Positions 63,101 through 64,000 of a stretch of 64,000 bases of DNA are shown piece by piece. The notes under the pieces were generated by a model, which was not told the origin of the DNA, made no database searches, and saw nothing but the letters and a program-made list of their open reading frames with translations. The stretch's first letter is position 1. Each line of letters opens with the position of its first letter. The translations under genes were made by a program, and so were the position numbers. Origin of the DNA: Azolla caroliniana (lineage: Eukaryota > Plantae > Polypodiophyta); assembly GCA_043228905.1 (NCBI GenBank), contig JBHGNT010000012.1, positions 3,658,001 to 3,722,000 of the forward strand. The letters run 5' to 3'.

Positions 63101-63480
63101 AAGTTAGAATCTTGATGAGGAATGTAACATCCAACGACAAAAGTGGGTGAATCATTAGGTGTTTCTATTTTGAGCCATATGTAACATTTATGTTCATCAT
63201 TTTTTATGATTGACACATATTTCTCTATTTCCTTCTTAATCAAACATGCCACCCCTCCTTGTCCTCTTCTTTGTCTTGGATTTTTCTCCCATATCAAAGA
63301 GTGTACATTATAGTTTCCTAAACCTTGAATCCTTTGAGTATCATGCTCCCATGTTTCAACAAGGAGTGCGATATCCGAGTCATCGATGAACTCCTCTATG
63401 CCGAATCCCGCATTCCATGGGTATCCATTGCAATTCCAAAAACATAGTCGTATAAGACGTGGTTTAGTCTCATAGGTCAC
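60109..63480 (-). CDS. LINE ORF2: APE endonuclease, reverse transcriptase and C-terminal CCHC motif (no AUG start)
   Basis: FWNCNG, VETW, GDMNA, IDY, SDH; QAGFR, FVDFKKAFD, GVKQGCPLSP, YADD, FKYLG; CTLC...EYHTLIQC. 1123 codons without interruption. Confidence 0.95.
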   Translation of the reverse strand: MTYETKPRLIRLCFWNCNGYPWNAGFGIEEFIDDSDIALLVETWEHDTQRIQGLGNYNVHSLIWEKNPRQRRGQGGVACLIKKEIEKYVSIIKNDEHKCYIWLKIETPNDSPTFVVGCYIPHQDSNFYACLDKDQPFANLEDDIVYFKSKGEVIVFGDMNARTRSFQLDSQESLMPHISRMQEDMQMYSRSSSDEKDPDQFGKLLLQMCNSTGLLIANGVSLWPNTNGFTCRKHNGNSVIDYMLLSEGILDRIHKFSLGEWTPESDHRTLCIDLKCMHRFDCEKVIEDSKQMHLSMNLKRAPMYSKMVEDMLQMTKTQHGGTLECKWEAFKNVILSCTNKCFSTNRTSWKCTKKCKKKWFDKECHEARKCLMVLDVVKDKENYQKHLHDYKRLIQRKRRIWEVTQQLLQTQEKAHACAKFWGNLKGKRVESYGDLTLHDLSMHCKNLYELSLAGKMMCYGSLSHMSPFFTIEDICIGLKKLASRKASDLQCIKAEMLKWTGKEAHIWICDMFNDALQHGMPYDWTTNWIKPLHKGGDVNNVNNYRTIMVGSLMAKLFGCIMELKISVWAEKNGKRAYGQAGFRKHHSTIDHLVTLRVLMEESRLRGKGLYCCFVDFKKAFDMVPREHLWRRMEELEVPSEYMLAISRIYEKVICCVRMRDRLSDFFNSTIGVKQGCPLSPTLFGLCIDELEEMVAKFVKEECVEEVAIGNVVIMLLLYADDVVLFANTLGDAQKLMKALEKFCMHTKLSVNSSKTKIMLVKSQKRDKPCIMYNNEPLECVESFKYLGLEVPSNHKWNECATRRLEAGKRAYYAFENTCNLGDIKCWVLKKYLFDTLVTPVLLYGVEIWGGSIPKSTWKEFENVQKHFLTKFLQVKKQTPYNLLLLETGSLPIEVMAMERVVEYMLKIQKSPAHRLPRIAWEASKKIQKTHKSKILCSGWMQDLEKWFGRWDARHLLHDASLDSSVNEAFLQRQCIMTWEKCGGSRFTHYTINVAPNYKTIFFAERGSRTHRYILEPIPISAIRTIASMRLSSHALRCETGRWGTSDESDRLCTLCPKQVRESEYHTLIQCSAFDHIRPCFPHLFGAQSLHEFLSQPRCALSIATFIGKVLEHRESLLTFTRIT

Positions 63481-63486
63481 GTGTCC

Positions 63487-64000
63487 CTATTTGCCTACAT
63501 TTCCATCTTTAAGCACATCCTTAGCCTTATTTTTCCTTTCTTCATATGCTTTACGACGGGCATTTTGTTGTGAGATAGTACGATCTTCACTCACAAAGCA
63601 TTGCATACCTTTGAGGTATACCCAACTATTTTCGAGTATGATCCGCCGCTTAGTATCATCCGTCATTGTGCATACAATGGGCCTTTCTCCGGATCGAGTA
63701 ACACCATGTTTCCCAACTCGGTGTGCCCCATATACATTCACATCCGACATCCCGTAATGCATGCTAAAAAATTCACCAATGGCCTTTCCGAGGGAAGCGG
63801 GTGTTTCCATACTCTCCTCTTTAATCCCACGGATGACAATGTTCTTTGATCTTCGTTCACGCTCTTTCAATTCTTGGGCATCTATGCTTTCTATATTCTT
63901 CTCTTGATGCATCACATGCATATTAGATGAGTTTGATACCCCATCCCCACCACATACATCGGCCCATGATTTCGTTGTACATACATTTTTCATCTCACTT
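63487..64000 (-). CDS. LINE ORF1, C-terminal part (RRM-like nucleic-acid-binding protein)
   Basis: ERERRSKNIVIRGIKE, HRVGK, RPIV and VSEDRT motifs typical of L1/L2-type ORF1. Probably extends beyond the window. Confidence 0.85.
   Translation of the reverse strand, partial: SEMKNVCTTKSWADVCGGDGVSNSSNMHVMHQEKNIESIDAQELKERERRSKNIVIRGIKEESMETPASLGKAIGEFFSMHYGMSDVNVYGAHRVGKHGVTRSGERPIVCTMTDDTKRRIILENSWVYLKGMQCFVSEDRTISQQNARRKAYEERKNKAKDVLKDGNVGK

Larger units (their letters stand above)
60031..64000 (-). mobile_element. Apparently intact LINE (RTEX-like); 5' end lies outside the window
   Basis: ORF1 plus APE-RT ORF2, a 55-nt 3' UTR and a (TATC)n tail at 60031-60053. Confidence 0.92.

Noticed and set aside
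60081-63479. The 17-bp inverted repeat as DNA-transposon TIRs around ORF2
   Set aside because: No flanking TSD or transposase, and ORF1 and the tail continue outside it; an RNA pairing fits better.

Overview
Gene-free, deeply nested retrotransposon cluster from a land-plant nuclear genome. The mix of Tcn1-like and tRNA-Trp-primed gypsy elements plus an RTEX-like LINE suggests a seed-free plant (inference). From about 2.4 kb onward the window resolves into about 18 insertions, defined by LTR pairs, PBS/PPT motifs, target-site duplications (TSDs) and reading frames that resume across insertions. Six are Ty1/copia copies: A, C, D, E, F and J. C (12990-18405) is intact, with LTRs identical except for microsatellite length. 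Three are Tcn1-like chromovirus copies, one is a deleted Met-primed chromovirus (B), five are non-autonomous tRNA-Trp-primed gypsy insertions with 4-bp TSDs (W1-W5), and one is their pol-bearing relative (G). There are also solo or partial LTRs and an apparently intact LINE at the right end. Top candidate for a new system is the LINE. ORF2 has no AUG before its endonuclease catalytic motifs and lies in frame with ORF1 behind a single UAG-GGA stop. The 18 nt just downstream of that stop are complementary to the LINE 3' UTR 3.4 kb away, where the same bases can alternatively form the terminal hairpin. This suggests a long-range RNA switch coupling readthrough translation to reverse transcription. 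Other highlights: a conserved -1 frameshift signal, a self-priming PBS, CG-centred TSDs, a circularly permuted single-LTR insertion, tRNA-like A/B boxes in LTRs, and PPT-enclosing hairpins. All coordinates were read by eye; no searches were run.
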